Shown here one piece after another: positions 1 through 12,658 of a stretch of 64,000 nucleotides of DNA. A program made the position numbers and the translations under genes. Positions within the stretch are counted from its first letter, which is position 1. Each line of letters opens with the position of its first letter. The stretch lies in the NCBI RefSeq assembly GCF_009914755.1, contig NC_060941.1; one strand, written 5' to 3'. Origin of the DNA: the human T2T-CHM13v2.0 reference genome, Homo sapiens. Below the pieces are notes generated by a model, which made no database searches, had not been told where the DNA came from, and worked only from the letters and a program-made list of their open reading frames with translations.

Positions 1-438
1 TCCCTTGGCTAGAACGAAGCCGCGTTCCCGACAGACAGGCTCACGCACGGTGATATCCGTGGGAGTGCGGGCGAGCAGCCCCTCCTCGCCGGACCCCGGG
101 GGCTTCGGGCAAAAATGGAGAGCAGGCAGAGGTCACATCCTCCTCCTCTTCCTCACGCTCCCGGGCTGCGTGCCCACAGGGGCACAGCCCTGTGCGCGGT
201 GCCACCGGGGGCCATCAGGCTGGGTTAGAGGAAGGCCCGACCTCCGCGCAGCAAAGAAAACAAACACAGATGTGTTTGGCTGGGACCGGGAGGGAGAAAG
301 TGGCCCCCTTCCCCCGCCCGCGCGCTCCCCCGGGCGTGAGGCTCTCCGGGCGGCGCGGGGCGCGGGCGAGGCTGACAGTCCCCGGCGGCCCCTCCTCCCC
401 CACGGGGTGCGCGCCTGGCCCAGCCCAGCCCCCTCTCC

Positions 439-449
439 GGGGTTTCCCC
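439..449. promoter_or_regulatory. NF-kB consensus site
   Basis: GGGGTTTCCCC matches GGGRNWYYCC. NTN1 is known to respond to NF-kB, but I cannot confirm that this is the functional site. Confidence 0.45.
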
Positions 450-614
450 GGGTGCTCTCCTCGCTTTCTCTTTGTCTCTGCTGTTCTTTCTCGGGCTCCC
501 GGGTTCCCACCCGCCTGTGCTCTCCCTCTCGGGCGTCCCGGGCCGGTTCCCTTTAACTTTCTTCTTTCCCGGGGTGAAAACTTTGCTCGGAGCTGGCGGC
601 AGCTCGCGGACGTT

Positions 615-679
615 ATTGGCCGGCGCCCCGCCCGGCGGCCCCGCCCCCCGCCCCCGCGCTCCCCTCCGCCCCTCACTCC
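615..679 (+). promoter_or_regulatory. TATA-less core promoter: reverse CCAAT box, GC boxes, Inr-like element
   Basis: ATTGG 615-619; CCCCGCCC 626-633; CCCCGCCCCCCGCCCCC 639-655; YYANWYY match TCACTCC 673-679. The TSS position is an inference. Confidence 0.55.
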
Positions 680-856
680 CAGCGCGAGTGGCGGCGGCGG
701 CGGAGCCTTCGGGGGCGAGCGCGCGTGTGTGTGAGTGCGCGCCGGCCAGCGTGAGTGTGTGTGCGCCCCGGGCGCGGGCAGGGCAGCACTCCGAGCTCGG
801 CGGGAGCGGCGGGAGCCGGGCGGCCGCGTAGTCACTCGGGCGAGAGAGGCGGCGGC

Positions 857-884
857 GGGGCCGGGACCGGGGCTGGGGCTGGGG
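857..884 (+). other. Canonical G-quadruplex motif
   Basis: GGGG-CC-GGG-ACC-GGGG-CT-GGGG-CT-GGGG: five G-tracts with 2-3 nt loops. Confidence 0.7.
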
Positions 885-959
885 CAGCGGCGGCCGCGCC
901 GGGCATGGAGCTGGCAAGCCCGCGCTGAGGCGGGACGCGCCTGCTAGCAGCGAGCGAGA

Positions 960-1035
960 GGCTCTCCGGCGACCGGCGCGCGGGCTCCCCGGAGGGGCCA
1001 GGCAAACTTTTCTTTCTCTTTTGCCCCCTCCAGAG
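960..1035 (+). other. NTN1: NTN1 non-coding exon 1 (5' end uncertain, may extend to ~675)
   Basis: Donor CAGAG|GTAAAG at 1035/1036 pairs with the acceptor at 1475/1476; the start is approximate. Confidence 0.65.
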
Positions 1036-1475
1036 GTAAAGTCCCGAACGCGGACTTTCCGGCGGGGACGCGATCGGGGGGCATCTGAGAGGGACCCCGG
1101 GCTGCGAGACGAAGGGGCGCGGGCCGTGCAGAGTCGGGGTCCCCCAGCTCTCCTGCGCCCGAAACTTGGGGTGCGAGGGGGGCTGGTCGCGGACGGGGAG
1201 ACCGGCTCAGGCATGCCCCTCGGGCGGCGTGGGGGCGGCGGTGGCGGGGAAGCAGAGCGTTCTCCCGCCGGGCGGGGAAGAAGGGGCGCGAGCGGTGCGG
1301 ACTTGGAGGGCCCCGGCTTCGCCGCCCGCGGGACTTTGGGGGAGAGAGGCGGGCAGTCGGCTGCGGGGTGGGTGCCCAGGAAGCCGGGCGTTCTCCCGCA
1401 TCTCCGCTCGCCACCCCGCCGAGAGCTGGAGGGCGCGGGGCGGGCTGGCTGAGCGCAGCTCCCTTCTCTCCGCAG

Positions 1476-1538
1476 GCGCCTTCTGCGGCAGGCGGACAGA
1501 TCCTCGGCGCGGCAGGGCCGGGGCAAGCTGGACGCAGC
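1476..1538 (+). other. NTN1: 5' UTR portion of NTN1 exon 2
   Basis: Acceptor CTCCCTTCTCTCCGCAG|GCG ends at 1475; no ATG occurs before 1539. Confidence 0.85.
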
Positions 1539-2556
1539 ATGATGCGCGCAGTGTGGGAGGCGCTGGCGGCGCTGGCGGCGGTGGCGTGCCTGGTGGGCGC
1601 GGTGCGCGGCGGGCCCGGGCTCAGCATGTTCGCGGGCCAGGCGGCGCAGCCCGATCCCTGCTCGGACGAGAACGGCCACCCGCGCCGCTGCATCCCGGAC
1701 TTTGTCAATGCGGCCTTCGGCAAGGACGTGCGCGTGTCCAGCACCTGCGGCCGGCCCCCGGCGCGCTACTGCGTGGTGAGCGAGCGCGGCGAGGAGCGGC
1801 TGCGCTCGTGCCACCTCTGCAACGCGTCCGACCCCAAGAAGGCGCACCCGCCCGCCTTCCTCACCGACCTCAACAACCCGCACAACCTGACGTGCTGGCA
1901 GTCCGAGAACTACCTGCAGTTCCCGCACAACGTCACGCTCACACTGTCCCTCGGCAAGAAGTTCGAAGTGACCTACGTGAGCCTGCAGTTCTGCTCGCCG
2001 CGGCCCGAGTCCATGGCCATCTACAAGTCCATGGACTACGGGCGCACGTGGGTGCCCTTCCAGTTCTACTCCACGCAGTGCCGCAAGATGTACAACCGGC
2101 CGCACCGCGCGCCCATCACCAAGCAGAACGAGCAGGAGGCCGTGTGCACCGACTCGCACACCGACATGCGCCCGCTCTCGGGCGGCCTCATCGCCTTCAG
2201 CACGCTGGACGGGCGGCCCTCGGCGCACGACTTCGACAACTCGCCCGTGCTGCAGGACTGGGTCACGGCCACAGACATCCGCGTGGCCTTCAGCCGCCTG
2301 CACACGTTCGGCGACGAGAACGAGGACGACTCGGAGCTGGCGCGCGACTCGTACTTCTACGCGGTGTCCGACCTGCAGGTGGGCGGCCGGTGCAAGTGCA
2401 ACGGCCACGCGGCCCGCTGCGTGCGCGACCGCGACGACAGCCTGGTGTGCGACTGCAGGCACAACACGGCCGGCCCGGAGTGCGACCGCTGCAAGCCCTT
2501 CCACTACGACCGGCCCTGGCAGCGCGCCACAGCCCGCGAAGCCAACGAGTGCGTGG
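1539..2556 (+). CDS. NTN1: Netrin-1, first coding exon (339 codons + 1 nt; signal peptide, laminin N-terminal domain VI, laminin-EGF V-1)
   Basis: [24 protein letters not shown] signal peptide; [47 protein letters not shown] and GRCKCNGHA...[22 protein letters not shown] are netrin-1 sequence. The exon ends at the phase-1 donor G|GTGAGT (2556/2557). Confidence 0.99.
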
Positions 2557-5556
2557 GTGAGTGGGGTGCGGCGGCGGAGCCGGCGGCGGGTGGGGCCGCG
2601 GGCGGGAGCTGCTGGGCCTCGCAGCGGCGAGTTCATAGGAGCGCGGGTCGAGGGAACGGCGGGAGGCGCGTTCGCCGATGCCCGGGACCCGGGAGGGCTC
2701 AGAGCAGGTCCACTCGCTCGCGTGGCGCTCGTGGTGGACGCCCGAATTTGCGCCCAGTGCTCTCTGCGAAGCCAAGAAGCAGCAGGAGAAATGTTCCCGG
2801 GAGGGGGTTTGGCAGAACATTTGCAGATAGGTCTCCGCTAACCCTGGATCCAAACGCAAACATTCATTGCCTTCCCCCTCGTTGGGTTGGACGCTGGGAT
2901 TCACCTGCACCCACCCCCCTTTCCCAAGGCTGCAGCTGGGCTCGCGGTTGGGGACCCCGGCCCAGTTCCTGGGAAGTTCCAACTCCACACCTACAAATCC
3001 CTTGGGAGATGGCAAAGAACTATTTGCAGTTTGGGGTCAGTTCGGTACCCGACGAGTATCACTCCTGCCCTCCATTTGTCTTTTCATGATTTGAAACTAT
3101 TTTTGTCTCTCTTTTGAACAGCGTGTTTGTGTTAGCAAAAGAAGAATGATGTGATTTCAATTAATTACTATCTGCTGATTACAACGGAGCGTTCAGTAAT
3201 TATTTTAAACGAATTCAATTCTGGTCTAAAAAAGTATACCAGATTTTTTTTATTAGCTTCAGGCTTTGGTGAAATTAAACAGTTTTGAATTAACTAAGGG
3301 TCCAGCTTCTCACTTTTTAAATAGGGTTTCATTTCCTGAAAGAGAAATCTGACAAAACCGGGTGAATACGGCTGGGTCAGAAATGAAGCTAAAAAAGGAT
3401 ACGTTCTGCTTCTGAATTGGACGACTTTGCTGCTGCAGAAGCTCTCAGAAATCAGTTTCTCCCCATAAAAAGAAAAAAAGGGTGAGGGGAGGTAGCAAGA
3501 CTACACCTTACTTTTTCAGTATGGGAAGTAAAGCTCCAAAGCCCACATTTATTTGAGCGAAAATTATTTAGTCTGTAAATGTCCCATTTGGTGTGCATCC
3601 TTTATGAACGTACAGATTTTTCCTCTCCATCTCCCCATCTCAAACAGCCAGTGTGAGGCTCTTCAATTGCTTTGCCCCTCTTAGGCACATTTCAAAGTTT
3701 GCTGGTCCCCACAAACACACGTTTTGAGGTCTGGTTCTGATTAATTGTGTCATGTTGTTGTCGAATAGTTTGTGCCTCATGACTGTGGATGCAGAGTTTT
3801 GAGCAAGGGAATGGAAAACATGTCTTGGAGGGCCGGATCGCCGCAGAGGCCCAGTCAGGCGTCCTGGTCTGAAGACGCCGGGCCTCCCGCCTCCTGTTGC
3901 AAGGGAGGCCTCCATTTTTACGCTCGTGTCCCGCTCTTGCAGACATAATTGTTTGTCCCCTTTCTTTTAAGGATCAGAACTAGTTTCCAGTCTGAAGACA
4001 CTTTTCAAGATTTCGCAGAGAGAGAGAGAGTGTAGTTACACTCCGACTTAGTAGTCTTCTAGAATAAAATTCCTTTGATCTGCTCAGTTCCCTCGGAAAT
4101 GTTGGTTTTTCCCATCTCTTCTTTTCCCCCTCCTTCCTCTTTTCTTTTCTTCCCTTTGTGCGTAAAAGCCCTTTATTGACATTTAAAGGGATTCCCAGGG
4201 TTTTGCTATCAGTTTTAGTTTGTATGTGCATATGAAAGATAACTTTGTCTTGTCACCAGCAGGGTCTAATTGGACAAATGCAAGTGAATACATTTAGGCG
4301 AATAAACTTGATGTGGTGGTGAAATTTCTCTGGCTTGAAGATTTGCCTTAGCGTTGGTATTGTTCAGATTCACCACCCACCCCCAGGTCTTGCCGTCAGT
4401 TTGGATGTGGACACGTAACCTGCGTTTGTTATAATGATGGTCATGCACTTGAAATAATCTCTATAGTTTGGGATTTTGTCTCTTGACCAAAGCACTAACT
4501 ATGCACACAAATTGGATTGACCTTTTTTTTTATTGGCTAAATTGAGCAATCAACATATTAACGAATGTAATTAGTAACCGTTTTTGTTCAAAAAGTTTAA
4601 TTAGGCTTAATAAGTACATAATCTACATGACAAATGATTGGCTAACAATATTTTTCTGGGTTTTACTGAAGTTATTTTAATTCCCAGTAGTTAAAGTATC
4701 TTTAAATCTTGCCAATTATTCAGTCATCTCATAAAAGCAAAGCCAATTCAACTATGTTAAAGTTATTTATAGTTTCCTTTTTGAATAGATGTTCTGATAC
4801 CTTGTAGATATAGCTGGGAACATCAGATTGAAGTTCCCATAAAGTCTTAATTGAAGTCTTAGTGATTTTTCCATCATTCTGTAAAAGAGAAAGACAGCAA
4901 GGACAATTTAGGGGTGATTTACAATTAAAGGTTGAGCTTTTTATGAAAAGGCCCTGTAGTGGAGATATGTGAATGAATTAGTATTTGACAGGTGTTCTGA
5001 GATACTAAAGGGCACTGTGCTAGGAAAAAGCATTAATAAATCCTTCAAAAGTAACTTTGGACTATCAGAGGCTCAGATTTTCCTCCCAACATAATCTCTT
5101 CTTGCGAATTTCACGCTGTTGACATATAAAGTCAAGCTACCCAGAGTATTTACAACTATGGCAAAGTCAAGAAGTATATATTTTTTAATTCCCATAATCA
5201 GTCTTAATAACAATGAGCCTATTACTGTGCTGTTTGGTCTTTGCTTTTATAAAATAATGATATGTGATTTATAATAAATTGAAATGGTACCCTTCCCTAG
5301 GTTAACCCTGTGCCCCACCCTCCCGCAAAGAAAACCCCCTAAAATTTACCAATTTACCAATATTATCATTTGACTGAACAGTCCTTCGACATAGGGCCAT
5401 GGTCCTTATAGATGACTAAGAAATGCACATATCCTATATGTTTTCTTTGGTCCAGTTTTCTTTTCGGTGTTGTTTCAAGGTCAAGCTTTCTATGGAATAA
5501 AATGTGAACGTTCATAAAGCCCAGTTATACTTTAAATGCAATTTTGGATTTCTTCC

Positions 5557-5568
5557 GGGGGGGGGGGG
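5557..5568 (+). repeat. G12 homopolymer
   Basis: Twelve consecutive G in an AT-rich context. Confidence 0.9.
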
Positions 5569-6439
5569 AACAAACAACCCTCAAAACAATATGAAAGACA
5601 AGACGATGTATAACGTTACGGCCTTGACAGCTCTCAGTGGAATAACTAAATACTTTCTTCCGCCCATATGTATCAGCAGTGTTCACATGCTTTTATACAC
5701 ATGTGCATTCACATTCATTGTGTAAAGAAGTACCCATGCATGGTGGGGCTGTGTGTACATTCAAGGCAAAATGCATGAACAGTTGTAAACCACCTGGGTT
5801 GCTAGGCCCCTTCCCCCCTCCCCGCCCTTCCCTTTTTTCAAAAGAGCATCTGAAGACCATATTGTGTTTCATAAATTATCGACATCAGTTTTAATCATTG
5901 TCCCCCTGACGTCGGAGCTGTGTTAGTATCTAGTATTTAGCATGACGAAGCATGCTGTTTAATCTTACTGTGGAGTTGTCAGCATGAGCCCCTGCCTGGC
6001 TTGTGACAGGTCGAGCTTATGAAAACTTGTTTTGCGACTCACTCTATGGCTTTGCATTGCTCAGCTGTAACCCAAAACCCACACAAAAGGTGTCTCTGCA
6101 AGACGAGCACCGTGCTGGGTTGGCCTCTTAATGGTCATAGGTACCTGCAACATAATGCTTGTGATTGTTTAAATGTGGCTGTGGGTTGGGGGTCGGGGGA
6201 TGTCCTCATGCTGTCAATAGCTCTGGTGCTTGGGTCCACCCTCATTCATCCCTGGCAAGAGAGGGAGGTTATATTGGAGGTGTTGCCATGAGAAATCCAA
6301 TGCCCCACTAAAGATTCTTGCAAAAATCAGAAAGCTGAAATTATTTGCTGCTTAGTCCAGAGCCTGGCACATAGCTATAGATGAGTGAATGTTTTTAATA
6401 GTCATAATAATTATTATGATTATTGTCATTATGATGATT

Positions 6440-6630
6440 AACCCTGGAGGACTTACTCTTTGCCAAGCGCTCACATTAATTTAGACATTTAATCACCGTG
6501 ACTACGCTAATAATAGGGACTGTAATTGTACTTCTTTTAGAGATGAGGAAACCATGGCCTAGAGACATTAGATGGTTTACCCTAAGTCACATAGCTACTG
6601 GGTGGTGAAGCTGGGACTCCAGCCTGACGT
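6440..6630 (-). mobile_element. MIR
   Basis: TTTTAGAGATGAGGAAAC...AAGTCACATAGCTA...CTGGGACT is the reverse MIR core. Confidence 0.75.
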
Positions 6631-7017
6631 TTGTGCTTTGTTTTGTTGTATCCACTGTGCTGCTTTTCCATAGAATGAATGGATGGGTGGATGGAAGAAT
6701 GGATGAATGAATGAATGGCAGTGATATATCCATGTGTAGGAGAAAGGCTGGAACAACCTATTGCTTCTTGCTAGAACTGGGCGTGGTTCCCTGGTTGTGT
6801 TGCATTATGTATTTTACATCATATTATTATATTTTATTATATTATATTCATACATACTTAACATGAAGTTGTATATAAGAAGTTTTCTTTTATCTTAGCC
6901 ATCAGGCCTGCTGGGAGCTGGGAGTTGGGACTATGAATTAAGGGGGTTTAGATACTTTCCTGGGGGTTCTTGGCATCCACAGGTGTTGCTTTCTTGGCCA
7001 AGTCTTTCTTGATTTCA

Positions 7018-7344
<327 letters not shown>

Positions 7345-7463
7345 TCACCGGAACGTATTGAAAAAATCCAGAAAGTGGCTGAAACTATTGTTGACAAAGA
7401 GAGGAGGTGGATGGGGGATGGTATGTCCCGGCCACTGGTGTGGTGCCGCTAGGTACAGTTGAC

Positions 7464-7474
7464 ATGAGTCAGCA
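7464..7474. promoter_or_regulatory. CNC-sMAF/AP-1 (MARE-type) motif
   Basis: ATGAGTCAGCA matches RTGASTCAGCA exactly. Confidence 0.4.
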
Positions 7475-8878
7475 GCACAGGGCTGTCATTCATCTCTACT
7501 GGCCCCATGGCAGCTGGAGTGAGGTTCTCTGCTGGGGTCCTCATTAGCACCTGGTGATCAGGAACCTCGAGGCAAGGAGGCCGCTCCCTGCTCCACCCAG
7601 AGCAGGGAGGCAGGTTCGTCAGGGGAAACCTTCTGGGGTGGGTCTGCGTGTTTCCAGGCTCTGCCGTGCTCTCTATTAGCCCTGCCCAGTTTTCTCTCTG
7701 ACCTCCTCCTCCTGTAGAAAAATGAGATCCTCAGAAAACTATTTGAGACTTTATGTCCAGAGTAAATATTGGAAAGGCAGTGGGTTGAAATTCAGATGTT
7801 CCCTGGAAGGAATCCCCTCGTTTTCTGCTCACAGCTGGTGTCGATATTTCCTTCTTGAGATGAGTTGTGCTTTTCATTAAGTAAATTTTTTGTCTTGGGA
7901 TTAAACCAACATTGTATTCTTAATAGACTTTTATGTTTACACTTCAAATGTCCACTGGATTGTTACTCGTGTTATCTTGATGGCTTCTACGGTGTCTGCA
8001 ATGCACACTGCCTTTACCAAAATAAATGGCTCTCTAGGGAACTGGATTATAAAACAGCCTTATCTGTGGATGCACAAATACGGATATTTTGTGAGCCAAT
8101 ATTTTTTTTTTCATCCTTTCAGAAGGTGTTAATCATACCTTGGGTTTCTGTAGTGCCTTTCATTATAGGGAGACGGGAGGTCTCGGAGGGCTTTTGAAAT
8201 GCTCAGGACTTAAGCCTAATACTTGTAGAGCAGGCCCACAGCATTTTGCCTGTCGTCTGGAAGCCCTTGTGGTCTCTGCAGGCTCAGAAGGCATGGTGTT
8301 GGTCTGGGTGGCCTGGGAGCTGTGGAGTTTAAAATGTCCGTCCATGGTGGTTGGGGGGTTGCGTCCTGAAGACAGACCACAAACTCCTATTGAGTGCCAG
8401 GCATTGTCCTAGGTGCTTTATATGTGCTTTGTTTCAATTAATCAGATTGCCACAAGGAACGGAAGCTTTTCAAAGACAGATGTCCTGGCCATCAAAGGGC
8501 AGCTTTTACACAAACGGGACTAAGTGTGGATAAGTCTGCAGGGCACGTCTCGGCTTATTCTGTGACACTGTTGCATGCAGAGAGAGCAGGGGGTATCAGG
8601 AGCGTTTGCTTGGAAGACTGATCACATAAAAGCCGTGTCCTATTATAGCCAACTCGGAGGGACGGTTGTTCTGAATAGTACTTGAAAGAAGTGAGCTGCC
8701 TGGGCCAGTCCTGTAGATACAGACGTTCACCTCAAAGCTATCTGCTCTCATGAGGTTTGACTTGCGTAGCACAACTTAGTGAGCTCAGTATTGCATTCCT
8801 GTCTCCTTACTCCAAAAATGGATTTCTATTGTAAACTAAGAAGTAGATTTTAATTTGCGTTTTAAAAGTTATATCATT

Positions 8879-9175
<297 letters not shown>

Positions 9176-9632
9176 TTACATAATTTATGTGAAATTCCCC
9201 CCACATCAAAAGGCCTTGGCTAGGTGTGTATTCAGCCCCAAATACATTATTTTGTGCCAGTTCTCCCCTCTGATGGAGAGAAGGGACTGTGGCCATGTGA
9301 TTGATGAGATACAGAATGTCTCCCATCAGACCCTTTTCTTTTTCTCCCAGAGCTTAAGTTCCTGCCCCAAGCACAGTTCTATCAGAGGCAGCTGCTGGCA
9401 CTCAGAGCACAAAGGAAGATACTCTCCGAGGAGAAAGGGGTACCTATGGTTCAGGAGTACCGCCAAGGAATGGAAAGCTGTGCTCCGCTCTTGCCTGTGT
9501 CAGGACCACCCCCAGCAATCCCTGGACCTTCTGTCATTGGGATTAGTGTACTAACTACAGTTAGGGTGAAATGAATTCACACTGCAGTGCATTGGTGCAT
9601 GTGAAGAAGACCTAGAAGAAAGATGATTCTGT

Positions 9633-10041
<409 letters not shown>

Positions 10042-10830
10042 TCACTTCTCAACTCAGCTAGTGCCTTGCTGAGGAAGGTGCTAGAAGTCTGTCTCCCTGG
10101 AGGATTCAGGAATTGGCCTGTGTAAGGTCTCAGCTCGCTGCACACGTGGTCATATTTTAGTTGGGAACCCATCTGTGCCCCCTCCTGGCTGGTGCTATTG
10201 CTAGATTTTCTAGATTTTTCCCGTGTCTTTTTCTGCCTGAAGATGAGAGATTATTGGTTGTTGTGTCCAATTTTCACACATCCCAGAGACTCCACACTTA
10301 ATTGAGACAATCTGTAGGACTACAGGGACCTCTAAAGGGGCTGGCTTTAAATAACTGAGTCCTATGTAAGGAAATGAGGTAGATCTCTGAGTTTCCTGAG
10401 GGCCTGTATGCTGTGCTGCATTCCATATTTGAAGTCCCCAAGTGAGGGACACTTCCTGCCTGCTTGATTGCCATTGTCAGGGCTTCTGATTTCGTCTGTT
10501 TCTGCTTTGGGGCGGCCGTGGTGAGTACCCAGCAAATAAATGTACCACCACTCCCGCATTCTAAAACCAGGGCAGACATTGGCAATCAACGGCAGCATGC
10601 TTTCCTCCTAAGTTGAGAAATGATCTTATAATATTAGACTCCTCAATATAACTCCTTAGGCAGAATTAGCCCATGAGATGAAAACTATCTGCCATTTTTG
10701 GTCCCCTTCTGAAGACCTTCCCCTTCCCCAACCTGCAGACAGAGAAGTACTTTGTATACATGGACATTTCTGGAGCATTTACTGTTCAGGTGGCTCTGTT
10801 TGGTCTGGGCATGTAAAGAAATGTAAAGTA

Positions 10831-11165
10831 GACCAGGCGCGGTGGCTCACACCTGTAATCCTAGCACTTTGGGAGGTTGAGGCAGGCAGATTATTTGAGG
10901 TCGGGAGTTCGAGACCAGCCTGGCCAACATGGTGAAACCTCATCTCTACTAAAAATACAAAAACAAACAAACAAAAAAAACTAGCCTGGCATGGTGGCCC
11001 ACACCTGTAATCCTAACTACTCAGAGGTTGAGGCAGGAGAATCTCTTGAACCCGGGAGGCCGAGATTGCAATGAGTCGAGATCGTGCCACTGCACTCCAG
11101 CCTGGGTGATAGAGATGGTGTCTCAAAAACAAACAAAAAAAGAAGATAAAAAAAAAAAAGAAAAG
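10831..11165 (+). mobile_element. AluS full length
   Basis: TSD AAAGAAATGTAAAGT on both sides. Confidence 0.95.
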
Positions 11166-12125
11166 AAATGTAAAGTGGATGCCCTCCCTGCAGGTGAAAT
11201 ATGTTTCCATCAAGGAGGCTGTGCACGTGAGAAGGTGCAGACGTGTCCACTTGCACTAACCCTGAAGAGGGATAGGCGCCCCCAGTGAGGCACTTTGCTG
11301 AGTGTCCGGGGTGCAGGGAGGGGCCGAGGGTCTTGAGAGGAAGAGCATTTTGGATTTGGCTCCTGTACCACGAAAGGATTGGATTTTAGTCCACATCACA
11401 TTTGCCTGCTGCATTGGTTCTGTTGTAGTGTATTTGTTTTCTCCCATGCCAAGAATTTGAGAGACCATGGTTCCCTGAAAAGAGTGGTCCCCCAAGGAAT
11501 GTCCGCCCCGACGTTTCTGGGCAGGTCCTCCAGAACTGCCTTGGATTTTGAAACAAAAGCTTATCACTGTCCCTACACTCAAAAGAAATTATGCCCCAAC
11601 CTGGGCCAGGACCCTGGTGCCTGAGGCTTCCTGGGGCTTCTCCCACGTGAAGGTCGTTCCTTCCACTCAGAACCACATCTGTGTGGTATTGAGGGACGAG
11701 GACTCATCTCCGTCACAAACCACTGCCCTCAGTGCTCTGCTTACGTTTGGGCTGGTGCAGAAAGTGCCGAACAAGAATAGTTCCAATCCCAGCATGAAAA
11801 AGAAAACACATTGTGTTTACAGATACAGAATTTGGCATCTGAAACGTGAAAGTACCTTTGGGTTGGGCGGCCCCAGGGCAGAGCTGTTGGACACGGCCCC
11901 CCCAGCCCCTACCCTCAGCCCTTTGGCCAGCTCGTTTTCCTCTCCCCGAAGCCAGACCTCAGAGGTGGGCAGGTCGATCTCAGCCAACTCTTTATTCCGA
12001 CACCCAGCCCTGTTTCACTCTATGGCTCAGAACCGGGAGAGAATTCACGGTGAGAAAGTGCTTGGCCTTCTGAGCTGCCATGAGGAAGGAAACTGCTTCT
12101 TGCTCCAATCCACAGAAATCAATCC

Positions 12126-12422
12126 TTTTTTTTTTTTTTTTTGACAGAATCTCACTCTGTCATCGAGGCTGGAGTGCAATGGCACCGTGTCAGCTCACTG
12201 CAACCTCTGTTTCCTAGGTTCAAGTGATTCTTCTGTCTCAGCCTCCTGAGTAGCTGGGATTACAGGCACCCACCATCACGCCCAGCTAGTTTTTATATTT
12301 TTAGTAGAGATGGGGTTTCACCATGTTGGCCAGGCTCGTCTCGAACTCCTGACCTTAGGTGATCCACCCTCCTTGGCCTCCAAAAGTGCTGGGATTATAG
12401 GTGTGAGCCACCGTGCCCGGCC
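12126..12422 (-). mobile_element. AluS full length
   Basis: Poly-T then reverse Alu; TSD AATCCTTTTT. Confidence 0.95.
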
Positions 12423-12658
12423 CAATCCTTTTTAAACCATGTTTTTGGGCAGACTTGCCATCCTGGTACCCAGAAATGCTAGAGAAGAATGGGGCTGAAC
12501 AGTCCTATTTCTTACCTCAGTTTATTGTTTGAACCAGGGGTAGAGAGGTTGTTTGTTTGTTTGTTTGTTTTAATAGAAGATGTCTGCAGAAGAAGTGAGG
12601 CATATGTAAGTGAGAATCAAGTTGCGATTTTCCTGATCTGTAGAAAGTACTTAGTTCT

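Larger units (their letters stand above)
1..2900. promoter_or_regulatory. NTN1: CpG island spanning NTN1 promoter, exon 1, intron 1 and exon 2
   Basis: Very high GC with dense CpG throughout; sharp switch to AT-rich, CpG-poor DNA after ~3050. Confidence 0.95.

Noticed and set aside
1166-2560. 464-aa alternative-frame ORF over exon 2
   Set aside because: It has a non-ATG start in intron 1 and no internal Met; stop depletion is explained by GC-rich codon usage.
225-2636. 803-aa antisense ORF
   Set aside because: It shadows the GC3-rich NTN1 exon and CpG island; the composition is low-complexity R/A/P/G with no domain.
1368-3089. 573-aa ORF as the full protein
   Set aside because: Only 1539-2556 is netrin. 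The N-terminal extension lies in intron 1/UTR, and the C-terminal part is read-through past a consensus GTGAGT donor.
11548-12144. 198-aa ORF in unique intronic sequence
   Set aside because: TTG start, no recognisable domain, and it ends in Alu poly-T; compatible with chance.
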